In this document: piece by piece, positions 1 to 10,845 of the stretch
Layout: every line of letters starts with the position of its first letter
Numbering within the stretch: the stretch's first letter is position 1
Origin: Octopus sinensis
Lineage: Eukaryota
Direction: 5' to 3'
Length of the DNA: 26,035 nucleotides
NCBI RefSeq assembly: GCF_006345805.1
Contig: NW_021836754.1
Span: forward strand, 1-26,035
The notes under the pieces: generated by a model
What the model was told of the DNA's origin: nothing
What the model saw: only the letters and a program-made list of their open reading frames with translations
Database searches by the model: none
Position numbers and translations under genes: made by a program

Positions 1-289
1 ACCGACAAATCGAAAAAACGAACCTGACGCGAGGCGCTGTCAGACAATAATGTGATAAATAAAAATATATGCATACATACAAACATATATGTTCGTACTA
101 CATCTACATGTATATACATGCATATATAAATAAATATCGTAAGTACAGGACGCCACAACAAGACGTAGAAACGGGAAAAACAAAAAAAAATTTACGACAA
201 GTACAGGACAGGCTACACAAGGAAAAACAAATGTATCTATATATAGATATATATAATATATATATAAATACTATACATATACACATCAT

Positions 290-835
290 TTAAATGATTA
301 TGTCCTCAATATAAGTATATATAATTTTGAGTTCTCTAGTAATTATATTTTGCTGCAGTACTATATTGAACCCGGCATGATTTCTGACATTAACTACATG
401 ACTGAGATGGGCGATTAGATATAATGTATACGCGGGAAATGCACGTATATATTGGTATATATACGCAGAAATTTATCCGCATGTATGTGTATTATTCGCT
501 AATATATTGTCTGTGTATCTCTACTGAAGAGTGTAAAGTGATTTTTATTACAGAACACGAAATATTAATATATAGTGTTATCCCCGAAATGTTTGTAAAT
601 CTTCCTGCCCATTATCTCGCATTCGGCCTTGTGTTGCAATTAAAATAGAGAAGAAATTTAGAGTGGCTTGTAGACATTTGACATGTACTTGTAGCCTATA
701 GGCGTTGGCACTCCAGTGCCCTTAATTATAATTATATTTCTATAATTATATACTTAAAAATTAATTTTACCGATATAGTGGTTTTTATGCGCTGGCCACT
801 GATATAATCATTTTAATGGTTATATTCTCAATTTA
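290..835 (+). mobile_element. Penelope-like pLTR fragment carrying a hammerhead motif (boundaries approximate)
   Basis: Contains the HHR at 516-580 and a short hairpin at 707-720; ends at a (TA)n run. The PLE call is inferred from the known association of type-I HHRs with palindromic stem III and PLEs. Confidence 0.5.
516..580 (+). ncRNA. Type-I hammerhead ribozyme motif (AUA site)
   Basis: CTGAAGA 524-530; stem II GTGT/ACAC; GAAA 559-562; palindromic stem III ATATTAATAT then A; stem I TATCTCTA/TAGTGTTA with 6 of 8 pairs. Confidence 0.7.
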
Positions 836-850
836 TATATATATATATTA

Positions 851-1156
851 TTAAACAAAGATAAATGCGATACAATAAAATTAATTATAATCGCCGGTGT
901 ACCAGTACACGCCATACATTATACATATATCATTACATTCAAGGCGAAGAGTGCACTAGATACACAATAGCTGGATAAATTTAGTGAGATGAAAATTAAA
1001 AAACTTTTACACTTAACTTTTCTTATACTGCAGTTTCGCCAAATTCAGTAATAAAAAAAGTATTTATTTACTCAGGCTGGCTCTTCAGTAAGATTCCTGT
1101 AATGATGGGGAAGACCATATCAATAGACCCATGTGCGTCTATCGAATCTCTTTCTA

Positions 1157-1160
<4 letters not shown>
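851..1160 (-). mobile_element. Penelope-like pLTR fragment carrying a hammerhead motif
   Basis: Lies between two (TA)n runs and contains the canonical HHR at 1021-1093. Tail-to-tail with the 290-835 fragment. Confidence 0.55.
1021..1093 (-). ncRNA. Canonical type-I hammerhead ribozyme (GUA site)
   Basis: Minus strand reads TCTTA CTGAAGA GCCA...TGGC GAA ACTGCAGT A TAAGA: perfect 5-bp stem I, G-C-closed stem II, intact core, palindromic stem III. Confidence 0.85.
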
Positions 1161-1191
<31 letters not shown>

Positions 1192-1544
1192 GTGTGTGTG
1201 TGTGTGTGTTGTTGTGTGTGTTGTGTGTGGGTGTGTGTGTGTGTTTATATATGCACACGCACATAGGTAAAATAAGGATAAACACTTATTTCATTTTGAC
1301 GTTCTTAGGTGCATTTCCCCATTACGGTTGTTTGGAAACCAGCAATGGAATTTCCAAATGCTGTTAATCACAGTTATGTATAAACTGATATAATAAAGTG
1401 TTCCCTGGGGTTCGTTTGTAGTTGAGTATCTATATGCAAATGGAACATCTGTCGCAAGGCCCCAAACAACCATAATGACGAAACGCGCGTAAAATTTTTA
1501 ATATGGAATAAATTTGTGTTCATCATTATTTCTCAGACATTTAA

Positions 1545-1930
1545 GGCGGCGAGCTGGCGGAAACGTTAGCACGCCGGGCGAAATGTTTAGCGGTATTTCG
1601 TCTGTTTTACGTTCTGAAATTCCACCGAGGTCGACTTTGCCTTTCATTCTTTCAGAGTCGATAAATTAAGTACCAGTTACGCACTTGGGGTCAATGTAAT
1701 CGACTTAATCCGTTTGTCTGTCCTTGTTTGTCCTCTCTGTGTTTAGCCCCTTGTGGGAAATAAAGAAATAGGTATTTCGTCTGTTTTACGTTCTGAAATT
1801 CCACTGAGGTCGACTTTGCCTTTCATTCTTTCAGAGTCGATAAATAAGTACCAGTTGCATACTGAAGTCAATGTGATCGACTGGCCCCCACCCCAAAAAT
1901 TGCAGGCCTTGTGCCTAGAGTAGAAGAGAT
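1545..1930 (+). mobile_element. Dimeric tRNA-derived SINE (family A; core resembles the MetaSINE central domain)
   Basis: Head GGCGGCGAGCTGGCGGAAACGTTAGC; the core GGTATTTCGTCTG...GGTCGACTTTGCCTTTCATTCTTTCAGAGTCGATAAAT..AGTACCAGTT occurs at 1592 and again at 1771; a diverged copy lies at 9816. The Meta-domain assignment is from memory. Confidence 0.8.
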
Positions 1931-2122
1931 CATTTCTCATACATTTGCTCTGCAGCTCATAACTAGAAAAATATTCCGTATCGAAGTTACTTAACAATTC
2001 TACAGAAAGTAGACTGGATTATGAAAATCTTTGTGGAGCTCTAAATATAACAGTAGCAGTTGTACGTCTATTTATGAACACAATTTCTAACACACACACA
2101 CACACACACACATGTACAACAT

Positions 2123-2433
2123 GGAGGCGAAATGGCCCAGTGGTTAGGGCAGCGAACTCGCGGTCGTAGGATCGCGGTTTCGATTCCCAGACCGGGCGTT
2201 GTGAGTGTTTATTGAGCGAAAACACCTAAAGCTCCGCGAGGCTCTGGCAGGGGGTGGTAGCGATCCCTGCTGTACTCTTTCGTCACAACTTTCTCTCACT
2301 CTTTCTTCTGTTGGCCTGCTCGCTTAGCCAGCGGGGTGGCGTCATTTGAAGGCTAAAACAATGCGAAGCGTATTGTGACCAGCGATGTGTAGCAACATCT
2401 GGTAGCCTGGGCGGTCACGTGACGTGACGTGAT
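2123..2433 (+). mobile_element. tRNA-derived SINE (family B), full length
   Basis: A box TGGCCCAGTGG, B-box-like GGTTTCGATTCCC, CACGTGA-type repeat tail; homologous to 13191-13505 and 20742-21047. Confidence 0.9.
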
Positions 2434-2489
2434 ATATGTACAACACACACATGATACACATGTATGTATACGTATATGCATATAACGAC

Positions 2490-2785
2490 AGTCTTTCATT
2501 GTCCGAGAAAGACGGTTCTGCAATTTCTTACGGAACACAAGCTGCACACATTATAAGTTTATAGTGATCAAATGAACGTGCTGTACATTGGCTCATTCAC
2601 TCCCTTCAAATTGACGTTGCCTGAACAGATACACAGTGTTACATATGTCAAATGCCGAGTGTGAGCGAAGAGCAACGTGAGATGAGGTGCTTTGCCCAAA
2701 ACACAACGCATCACCCGGTCCAGGAATTGAAACCACAATCTCGAAATCGTAAGTGTAATACCATAACCACTAGGCTATACGCACT
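2490..2785 (-). mobile_element. Old tRNA-derived SINE (family D)
   Basis: Minus-strand head TAGCCTAGTGG...GGTTTCAATTCCTGGACCGGG; the tail segment GAGCCAATGTACAGCAC..ATTTGATCACTATAAAC matches about 22379-22416. Confidence 0.7.
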
Positions 2786-3054
2786 TACACACACATTCAC
2801 TCACACGCATTCACACACACACACACACACACACGCGCGCGCGCACACACACCACACACACGCACACACACACACCACACACATACTTGATACAGTCACA
2901 ATGTGTAAAGATTCTTAAAAGTTATTAACCATTAAAACATTTAAGATTATTTTTGAAAAACTGAATGACACGAACCTTTTGGGAAAAGACGTTTTCGTAT
3001 TGTGTGGAAGCGCCTTCGTTGTTCAGCTTTTGAAACACACACGCGCTCTCATGA

Positions 3055-3086
<32 letters not shown>

Positions 3087-3126
3087 CTACGTATATATTT
3101 GTGTGTGTGTGTGTTTGTGCGTAAAT

Positions 3127-3325
<199 letters not shown>

Positions 3326-3334
3326 TCATATAAT

Positions 3335-3772
3335 CCTATGAACCCAGAAATTGAAAACAGAGGGTTACCCACTTGCAAACAAATGTGGTAACATATAACA
3401 ATATGGACCAAGGTTCGTGGTCTTTTTCGTAGGCTTTTCTTACCACGGATAAACCTTACTTGCTTTCCCCTTTACACCATACATCATGACACTGTTATAC
3501 ACGATCCCTATTGATCGTTTTTTTTCCTCTCCCTCTTTTTTTCCCTCTTTTTTCTTCTTTTTTCATTTTTCTTTTTTTTCCTTTTTTCTTTTTTGTCTTT
3601 TCCTTTTTTACTTCTTTTCCTTTTTTTCTTTTTTTCTTTTTTTGTTCTTTTTTCCCTTTTACGATCCCTTTTGATCGAAAACCTACGCCACTTTTTTTTT
3701 CTCCCCCAAAAGAAAAGCTCTACCTTGTAACTTGTCCCATCTGTGTGCAGCCCTGTGTGGTCAATAAAGAAA
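3335..3772 (+). mobile_element. 3' UTR fragment of a LINE (probably L1/Tx1 group)
   Basis: T-rich tract; duplicated CGATC-cctwtt-GATCG hairpin; ends GCCCTGTGTGGTCAATAAAGAAA at a microsatellite. No coding part is present, so the clade is inferred. Confidence 0.55.
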
Positions 3773-3775
3773 CTT

Positions 3776-3901
3776 ATCTATCTATCTGTCTGTCTGTCTG
3801 TCTGTATGTCTGTCTGCCTGCCTGTCTGTCTGTCTGTCTGTCTATCTATTTATCTATCAGTATGTCTGTCTGTCTGTCTGTCTGTCTGCCTGTCTGCCTG
3901 C

Positions 3902-3936
<35 letters not shown>

Positions 3937-4038
3937 TTTATCTATCAGTATGTCTGTCTGTCTGACTGTCTGTCTGTCTGTCGGTTCCTCCGTCCGCTGT
4001 CTGTTTGTCTGTCTGTTGTTTGTTTGTCTATATGTCTG

Positions 4039-4069
<31 letters not shown>

Positions 4070-4080
4070 ATCTAGCTATC
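3776..4080. repeat. (TGTC/TATC)n compound microsatellite
   Basis: Direct reading. Confidence 0.95.
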
Positions 4081-4651
4081 TGTCTACATATATTATATAT
4101 ATATATATATACATATCAAATTCCTGAATGTGTCTGTATGTATACCTGTATGTGACCAATATGACACTCGCTTATATACTATACCATGTAAATCGACCCA
4201 GCAGTTACCTTAATTATTCATGCCATATTACTTTCACATGTAACTTAACTCTTCAGTCACATTTTTCATACAGTATTTCTTTTAACAGTTGTTCCAACCA
4301 TCGCGTTACTAAATCTGTACCATTTCAATAGTTAATTTGATAGAGATTTTACACGATAACTTTAATATCTTATATGTTTATTGCTCCACTAGTCACATTA
4401 TTTTCGTATATTCTACTGGTAATTCTCTTTCATAGTATGTAAGTTCAAAGTAAATAAACAATTGCGATTTTTAATATGAGTATTAAGCCCATAAAGTTGA
4501 AAGGAAGGCTAAATGCCAAGTCATAGATATTCATAACTTCATCATCACTATATAAATTACACGTTATTAGTAATACTAGATACTGTGGACTAAATTATTG
4601 TTGAGAAAGTTGGGTTTGCCGTAAGGGACCTTCACACTACACCCAGAACAT

Positions 4652-4690
4652 CTATATCTATTTATCTCTCTCTCTCCTCTCTCTCTCTTT

Positions 4691-4726
<36 letters not shown>

Positions 4727-5105
4727 ATAAATATATATATAGATGAGATAGATAGATAGATATAGAATAGATAGACAGACAGACAGATAATAGATATGTA
4801 TATACATGTGTCTGTATATATGCATGTATGCATGGATGTATGTATATATATATATATGTTTATATATATAATGTATGTATATATGTATATATATGTATGT
4901 ATGTATTATATATTGTATATTATATTTGTATATACGTATGTATATAGATGTAATATGTATATAGTATATATGTGTATGTATGTAATATGTGAATATATAT
5001 ATATAACGGGAAGCTTTATGAAAATAAACAAAAGACGAAGGCAGGTGGAAAACAAACGAACAATTGTATTAGTATGGCGCTCAGGAAATAAAAAATAAAA
5101 CAAGT

Positions 5106-5176
<71 letters not shown>

Positions 5177-5195
5177 AGATAGATAGATTAGATAG

Positions 5196-5230
<35 letters not shown>

Positions 5231-5266
5231 TAGATAGATAGATAGAAGATAGATAGATATGGATAT
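4652..5266. repeat. Compound (TC)/(TA)/(GATA)/(TATG) microsatellite block, interrupted at 5004-5109
   Basis: Direct reading. Confidence 0.9.
5004..5109 (-). mobile_element. Short copy of the 3' part of the 6161-7055 repeat unit
   Basis: Reverse complement matches 6415-6579 (AAAGACTTGTTTT...CCTGAGCGCCATACTAATACAATTG...CCACCTGCCTTCGTCTTTTG...AAGCTTCC.GTTA); flanked by (TA)n. Confidence 0.9.
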
Positions 5267-6116
5267 AGAAACCCATTATCTGTCCGAAAATGTCAGAAAT
5301 GTTAAAATTCTAAAGAGACGACGGTGACATTACCGTAGAATAAAACTCCATTCGGAGTCAAAACTGTCCTTGTGGAAGTATTTCAAAAAATTACCCATGA
5401 AGCTAAGTAGCTTCGTATGTTTGAAAGCAAGGAAAGTTTGAAGAACATTCTAGTTAAATTCTCTATCAAATGCAGGAATAAGAAAAGAAATATTGTTGTC
5501 AAAAACAGAAAGAGAAAATGATACTGCGGTGGAAGTCAGTAGGCAAGTCAAAAATAAATGTCACATAAAATTTCACTGAAAATGAGAATATGAATGATTG
5601 AATGATGGAGCGCCTAGCACAATTATATGCAGAATATAAGTTTTCATTCATATATAATATCTTTTGGTACATGAGTATATAGATGAACGAAATTTCTACT
5701 CGGTAACCTCAAGGAAGTTGGTACTCTTATTGACAAAGAGCGAAATGACTCGTGCGAATTCTTCAACATTCACCCATTAGCGAGACACAGTTTATATATA
5801 AAACTTTCTGGAAAAATCTGATTCTGATTCTCTAAAGATTCTTTTTTTTTTTTTTGCGTTTGAATACAAAGGAATCTTGTCTCTTGTTCATTCGGATAGA
5901 CGCAGAGCTTAATAAAGAAACTTACTGTGGCCAAAATACATATACATTTCTGCATCAGATGTTATATATTGATTTCTTACATTGGCACAAACCGTCAGAT
6001 TTACATAGGAAATGAAGTTGCGTGACAATGATACTTTACAAACTTACACACAGCTATACGTATGAAGGTATTTGAATATCTATGTGTGTTTCTTTGTCTG
6101 AATAATACTCCCCACG

Positions 6117-6156
<40 letters not shown>

Positions 6157-6381
6157 ATACTCTGTATAGTTATTTATATGGGCCAACCTAGACACATACA
6201 TGTATACATATTGTATGTGTGTGTGTTTAGTTTTTCTTCTTGAAGTATGGCCACATCTTACGCCTCATACCTGGGAATTGGAAATACGTAGACGCACGAG
6301 TATGCTTATATATAAATACATGCAAAGTTCATACCCTTCCATTTTTTCTCTCCTTCTTTCTTTGTTTTTTTTCTCTGTGTA

Positions 6382-6419
6382 TCTTTCTGTTGAAGAGCGT
6401 AGGCTCGAAACGTTAAAGA
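6382..6419 (+). ncRNA. Variant minimal hammerhead-like motif, copy 1
   Basis: TCTTT CTGTTGAA GAGC-GTAG-GCTC GAAA CG T T AAAGA: 5-bp stem I, 4-bp stem II, ACGT palindromic stem III. The core differs from CUGANGA (A6 to U, plus an extra A). Confidence 0.55.
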
Positions 6420-6590
6420 CTTGTTTTATTTATATTTCCTGAGCGCCATACTAATACAATTGTTTGTTTGTATTCCACCTGCCTTCGTCTTTTGTGTATT
6501 TCCGTAACCTGCCTTCGTCTTTTGTGTATTTCCGTAAACCTGCCTTCGTCTTTTGTCTATTTTCATAAAGCTTCCGTTAATATATGCCTT

Positions 6591-6623
<33 letters not shown>

Positions 6624-6853
6624 ATATATACATCTGTGTAGTATTTATATGGGCCAACCTAGACACATACATGTAACATATTGTATGTGTGTGTGTTTAG
6701 TTTTTCTTCTTAAAGTATGGCCACATCTTACGCCTCATACCTGGGAATTGGAAATACGTAGACGCACGAGTATGCTTATATATAAAAATACATGCAAAGT
6801 TCATACCCCTCCATTTTTTCTCTCCTTCTTTCTTTGTTTTTTTTCTCTGTGTA

Positions 6854-6891
6854 TCTTTTTGTTGAAGAGCGTAGGCTCGAAACGTTAAAGA
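6854..6891 (+). ncRNA. Variant minimal hammerhead-like motif, copy 2 (C3 to T)
   Basis: Same as 6382-6419 except that the core reads TTGTTGAA. Confidence 0.45.
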
Positions 6892-7055
6892 CTTGTGTTT
6901 TATTTATATTCCTGAGCGCCATACTAATACAATTGTTGTTTTGTATTCCACCTGCCTTCGTCTTTTGTGTATTTCCGTAAACCTGCCTTCGTCTTTTGTG
7001 TATTTTCGTAAACCTGCCTATATATCTTTTGTCTATTTTCATATATATCATAAAG

Positions 7056-7099
<44 letters not shown>

Positions 7100-7699
7100 A
7101 TCAATCATATTATATGTATGTATGTGTATATTGTAAAAACGGGCGAGGAAAGCGAAGATCAGTTTAGTAAGAAGGTATGTGACGTTAGGAGAGTATGATG
7201 ATTACTTATCATCGTTTTTTCCAAGCTACCTTTGTATCTAAATACAAAATAATATTTCTAGAATACACTCAACGGAATTGGTATCCATTGCACAAACGTA
7301 ACCTTTCAACTCCTAGCAACTACAATTCACATTTAAGGACCACAAGGGTAACTTTAAAAGCAATTTCTCTATCTGGATCAGCATCACATTCAAATTGGAT
7401 ATGGAAACTATGCAAAAACATTCTAATCAAATTCAAACCTGAACTATAAGCAGCCGCCAATTTGTTTCTTTTGGATAGCATAAACAATCAGTCATTACAT
7501 ATCTTTATTTGTTTGTTCACATACACAAAGCCTATTTGCCCCAATTTGCTATAAATAACTACCACACCTCAATCTTCAAGCTGCTCCTCTTCAAAAGTTT
7601 CAGCCCACACGAGGTCTATCACCAATATCAGTGAAGAAATCATCATCAGCTTACTAGAGAGGAGAGAGAAAATCACTTATTTTTAAGTCCCAAAATATG

Positions 7700-9150
7700 A
7701 AAGAAAAAAAATCTTTCGATGACCCTTTCGATATCAGCCCCATGGATTTTCATTCTCTCCAAATTAAGTGAAGCTTATCATTCGTGGAAGGAAGATTATA
7801 CAAAAATGATGGCCTTGTGTTAAACAAAAACTATAATTCAACAATGACTAGAATCAGAAAGAACCTTCATTGCTTATTTAAGAATTATCGGACCCTACCT
7901 CGAAGTTTATAACCGTAGAAATATATATAAAAAAAGAAAAATTAATCCACCCTATAATCCTTCAGTAATCCCAGACATAACCAGAATATTCATTTCCTTA
8001 AGTGGCACTTTCCACCCAACATAATTAATATGAATATTTAATAAGAGTGTGATAAAACATCTTTGCGACCTCCGATCTTGACTAATGTATTCCTGACTCC
8101 AATATTTCTTATGTAATAAGTCTAAAGATACAACTAATTCCTCTTCAATGTCATCACAGCCAATTCTGTCAAGACTTATAAGTCTTCACTACCACTGACC
8201 TCAAAGTCAGACACGAGAAATATGATTTCTTTTAGATATAAACTTAGAAGAAAACAGCCCCCACCCTCTCTCTCTCTCTGTTAAAATATATTGAAACCTC
8301 AAATCCAACAATATAGCACACAGCTTTAACAGAACGATATTCACTAAAACCAAACCTTGTGATGGAGGTAAAGACGTGCGGACTGAATTTAGCAGAGATT
8401 TTTTGAATTCTACAAGGGATGGACCTTTATTCAACAGATGTTTCGAAAGTCTTATCTCATGCAACAGAAAAATCCTTAGAACCTACGATTGCTTCTATCG
8501 AGCATATACCAACGCCACCACATTTCCCTTAACCTAAATTTTCACACCCATACGCATTCTACCTTCGGGTTAAATACACACGTACAATTCCTCGAAAGAC
8601 GGCTTCCTCACCCGTTGTCTTGCAAACCTGTAGTTTTTTTTTAACCCTTCTACCCTTTTGACCCACTATGATCCTTAACCCACTCTACACGACACACAAA
8701 CCATACAACCTTATGTTTTCCCTTTGTATTTTTCACGTAATCTTCACATTTTTTTTTTTTTTGTTTTTGCTTGTGTCTCCACGTAATTTTTTTTACATCC
8801 TTTTTGTCCTTTTTGCCATATTTCTTAACGTCTTTCCCGGAAATTTTTCCATGTTTCTGCCTTGCAATTTTCTTAAACCTCTCGCATATTTCCCTTGCAT
8901 CCTTCTCGAGTTGTTATATACGATTACTTTCTTACGGTTTAATTATTTTAAGCATGTAATTTCTTTTCCTCATTGCCTCATATCTGCGTTCCTACTTTAC
9001 CGATTCCTCACATTCGTTGTTTTCCGTCTTACACATTTTATCGTACACTTCACCTCTTCTGCCATGCATTTCTCTCCACTTCTTAACAACCTCAAGCTTT
9101 TTGTGATCATGCTATTTATTCGCTGTTGTTTTTTAAAGAGTTGATATTTA
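7700..9150 (-). pseudogene. Possible heavily decayed LINE ORF1-like sequence
   Basis: Purine-rich minus strand with K/E-rich broken frames, then KFISKRNHISRV* at about 8207-8245, which could be an eroded CCHC knuckle. Weak. Confidence 0.25.
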
Positions 9151-9657
9151 ATTTTGGTTTTAATTTTTCACATCAACTCCAATATTATATTTTTTTATTT
9201 TATTATACTTTAATTTAAACTAATAATTTTCACTAATTAATAAATTTCAATGATTTTTGTCATCCTCACGAATTCTTTACATTTTACTTCCATTAACCTA
9301 CCACAATTTTGGTACTTTTATTTCATTTTTCTTTTTTTTGTTTGTTATGTATTCATTCTTATTAACACGACTATCCCTCCTCTACATCTAATCTACCCAA
9401 TTCAACATTTATTAAGAATATCAGATGCTACAATTGTCTTCCCTGACAGAAAGAACTAATTCTTACACTAGTCACACTTTTGCTGAAATTCCTATTGTTT
9501 CCATTACAATATTGAAGGATGGGTGGGGTAAGAGTGAATGGCTAAAAGAGGATAACTCCATGACCGGTTTTAACCATTCACTTACCCTACCCTTCCATAA
9601 CATCTTATCATGTCCCCCCAAATCTTTGCTTATCCCTCGACAGCCCTTCATCCCCTT

Positions 9658-9692
<35 letters not shown>

Positions 9693-9815
9693 CCTGTTAC
9701 TATTTCACCCACTCACGGTTACTCAGCTTTATCCTCTCTTCAGTATTCTTACTGTAAGCATAGTTATTATTATAGTATTTTTATCTTCGTTATTATTTCT
9801 ATTATTACAGTCGCC

Positions 9816-10007
9816 AAGACGGTGAACTAGCAGAAAAGAGAGAACGTCGGAAAATGTTTTGCACTATTTGCTCCAGTTCTTTACGTTCTGCCGTGGTCAA
9901 CTTTAACTTCCATCTCTCAACAGTCGATAAAATAAAGTACCAGTTAACAGTATCGACTAAGACCCTCTTTCTAAAATTACTGTGCCTGTGCAAAATTTAT
10001 AAGGATT
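9816..10007 (+). mobile_element. Diverged SINE, family A
   Basis: GACGGTGAACTAGCAGAA...TTTACGTTCTG...GGTCAACTTT...GTCGATAAAATAAAGTACCAGTT aligns to 1545-1930. Confidence 0.75.
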
Positions 10008-10034
10008 CACCTGATCGACTACTTTCTTCATATT

Positions 10035-10121
10035 GGACGACCGAGCTTCTCGACTGCATAGCTATTGATATTAGTCGAGAAACGGTTTCTGAAATGTTTA
10101 CATTTTCTTCATCAGGAGTCC
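10035..10121 (-). ncRNA. Hammerhead motif with long intramolecular stem III (GUC site), partly decayed
   Basis: Minus strand: GGAC TC CTGATGA A GAAAATG-TAAA-CATTTC A GAAA CCG T TTCTCGACT...AGTCGAGAA GCT CGG TC GTCC. Stem I pairs only with a 2-nt offset. Confidence 0.6.
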
Positions 10122-10767
10122 GAGGGCTTTGTTGTGTGTAGTGCTGGCACTTACATTATTCTTTCCTCTTAGCTTACATATGCAAGCAGAATACATGTCC
10201 CCGACTGTATTTCCTCTTTGCAGTACAGCGCAAGTGGCAATCAAAACCAGGTAGCAGACCGCGTCAATATGTTCTGGCCAATGAAATTACTCACAACCCA
10301 TCACTTCGAAACGCACTCACATGCACCCAACACACACTCTCTCTCTCTCTCTCTCACTCACACACACGCACACCACACAGAGACACACACACACAGAAAC
10401 AGCCGTAAGCAATATCATGATATAAAGACTTACGCTATTCACCCACTTCGATGGACAGATTATTTACAACAAAACAAAATAACGAAATAAAGACGAGAAA
10501 CATCAACAGTTTATAATTAAATAAGCTTAAATAGTCGCTGCTGTTGCTGGTACTGTTTAGGTCAGTGTCAACCAGGAACGACAAGACCACACGCTAAGAA
10601 ATGTATACAATGATACAAACACAAGCAGACTTACTTGACATTGGTAATACTAATAGTGTAGTGCATGGAAAAGAAACCGGATGGCAAAACCATATCTATG
10701 CTTTTCAGCCAATGAAATCACTCGCTGCGAATAAATTGTTTTTATTATAACTTGGCATAGAAATAGT

Positions 10768-10768
<1 letters not shown>

Positions 10769-10845
<77 letters not shown>

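Larger units (their letters stand above)
6161..7055 (+). mobile_element. Head-to-tail dimer (period 472 bp) of a PLE-like/retrozyme-like unit
   Basis: Units start at 6161 and 6633 and are highly similar but not identical, joined by (TA)n. Each has an HHR-like motif and a reiterated ~30-bp 3' subrepeat. Confidence 0.8.

Noticed and set aside
1480-1491. GAAACGCGCGTA, the 3' half of a hammerhead
   Set aside because: No CUGANGA or stem II partner is identifiable upstream, so it is counted only as a half-motif.
2123-2200. tRNA gene calls for SINE heads (also 13430-13505 and 20742-20815)
   Set aside because: Each continues into the same ~230-bp non-tRNA body and tail, so they are SINEs.
4225-4260. 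CTGAAGA...GAAA on the minus strand (similar strings near 7645, 9740, 11998, 21014 and 23599)
   Set aside because: No supporting stems I-III or no GAAA; expected by chance in AT-rich DNA.
5321-5358. Two adjacent 5-bp hairpins (ACGGT/ACCGT and ACTCC/GGAGT)
   Set aside because: Too short to distinguish from chance, with no family context.
6477-6579. CRISPR-like ~30-bp direct repeats
   Set aside because: The repeats are contiguous with no spacers, the context is eukaryotic, and there are no cas genes.
7195-7449. ORF with HSNWIWKLCKNIL, resembling a LINE ORF2 C-terminus
   Set aside because: No Cys/His motif is recoverable; the similarity is too weak to call.
8668-9144. 158-aa hydrophobic, membrane-protein-like ORF
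   Set aside because: Result of T-rich composition (antisense of a purine-rich strand).
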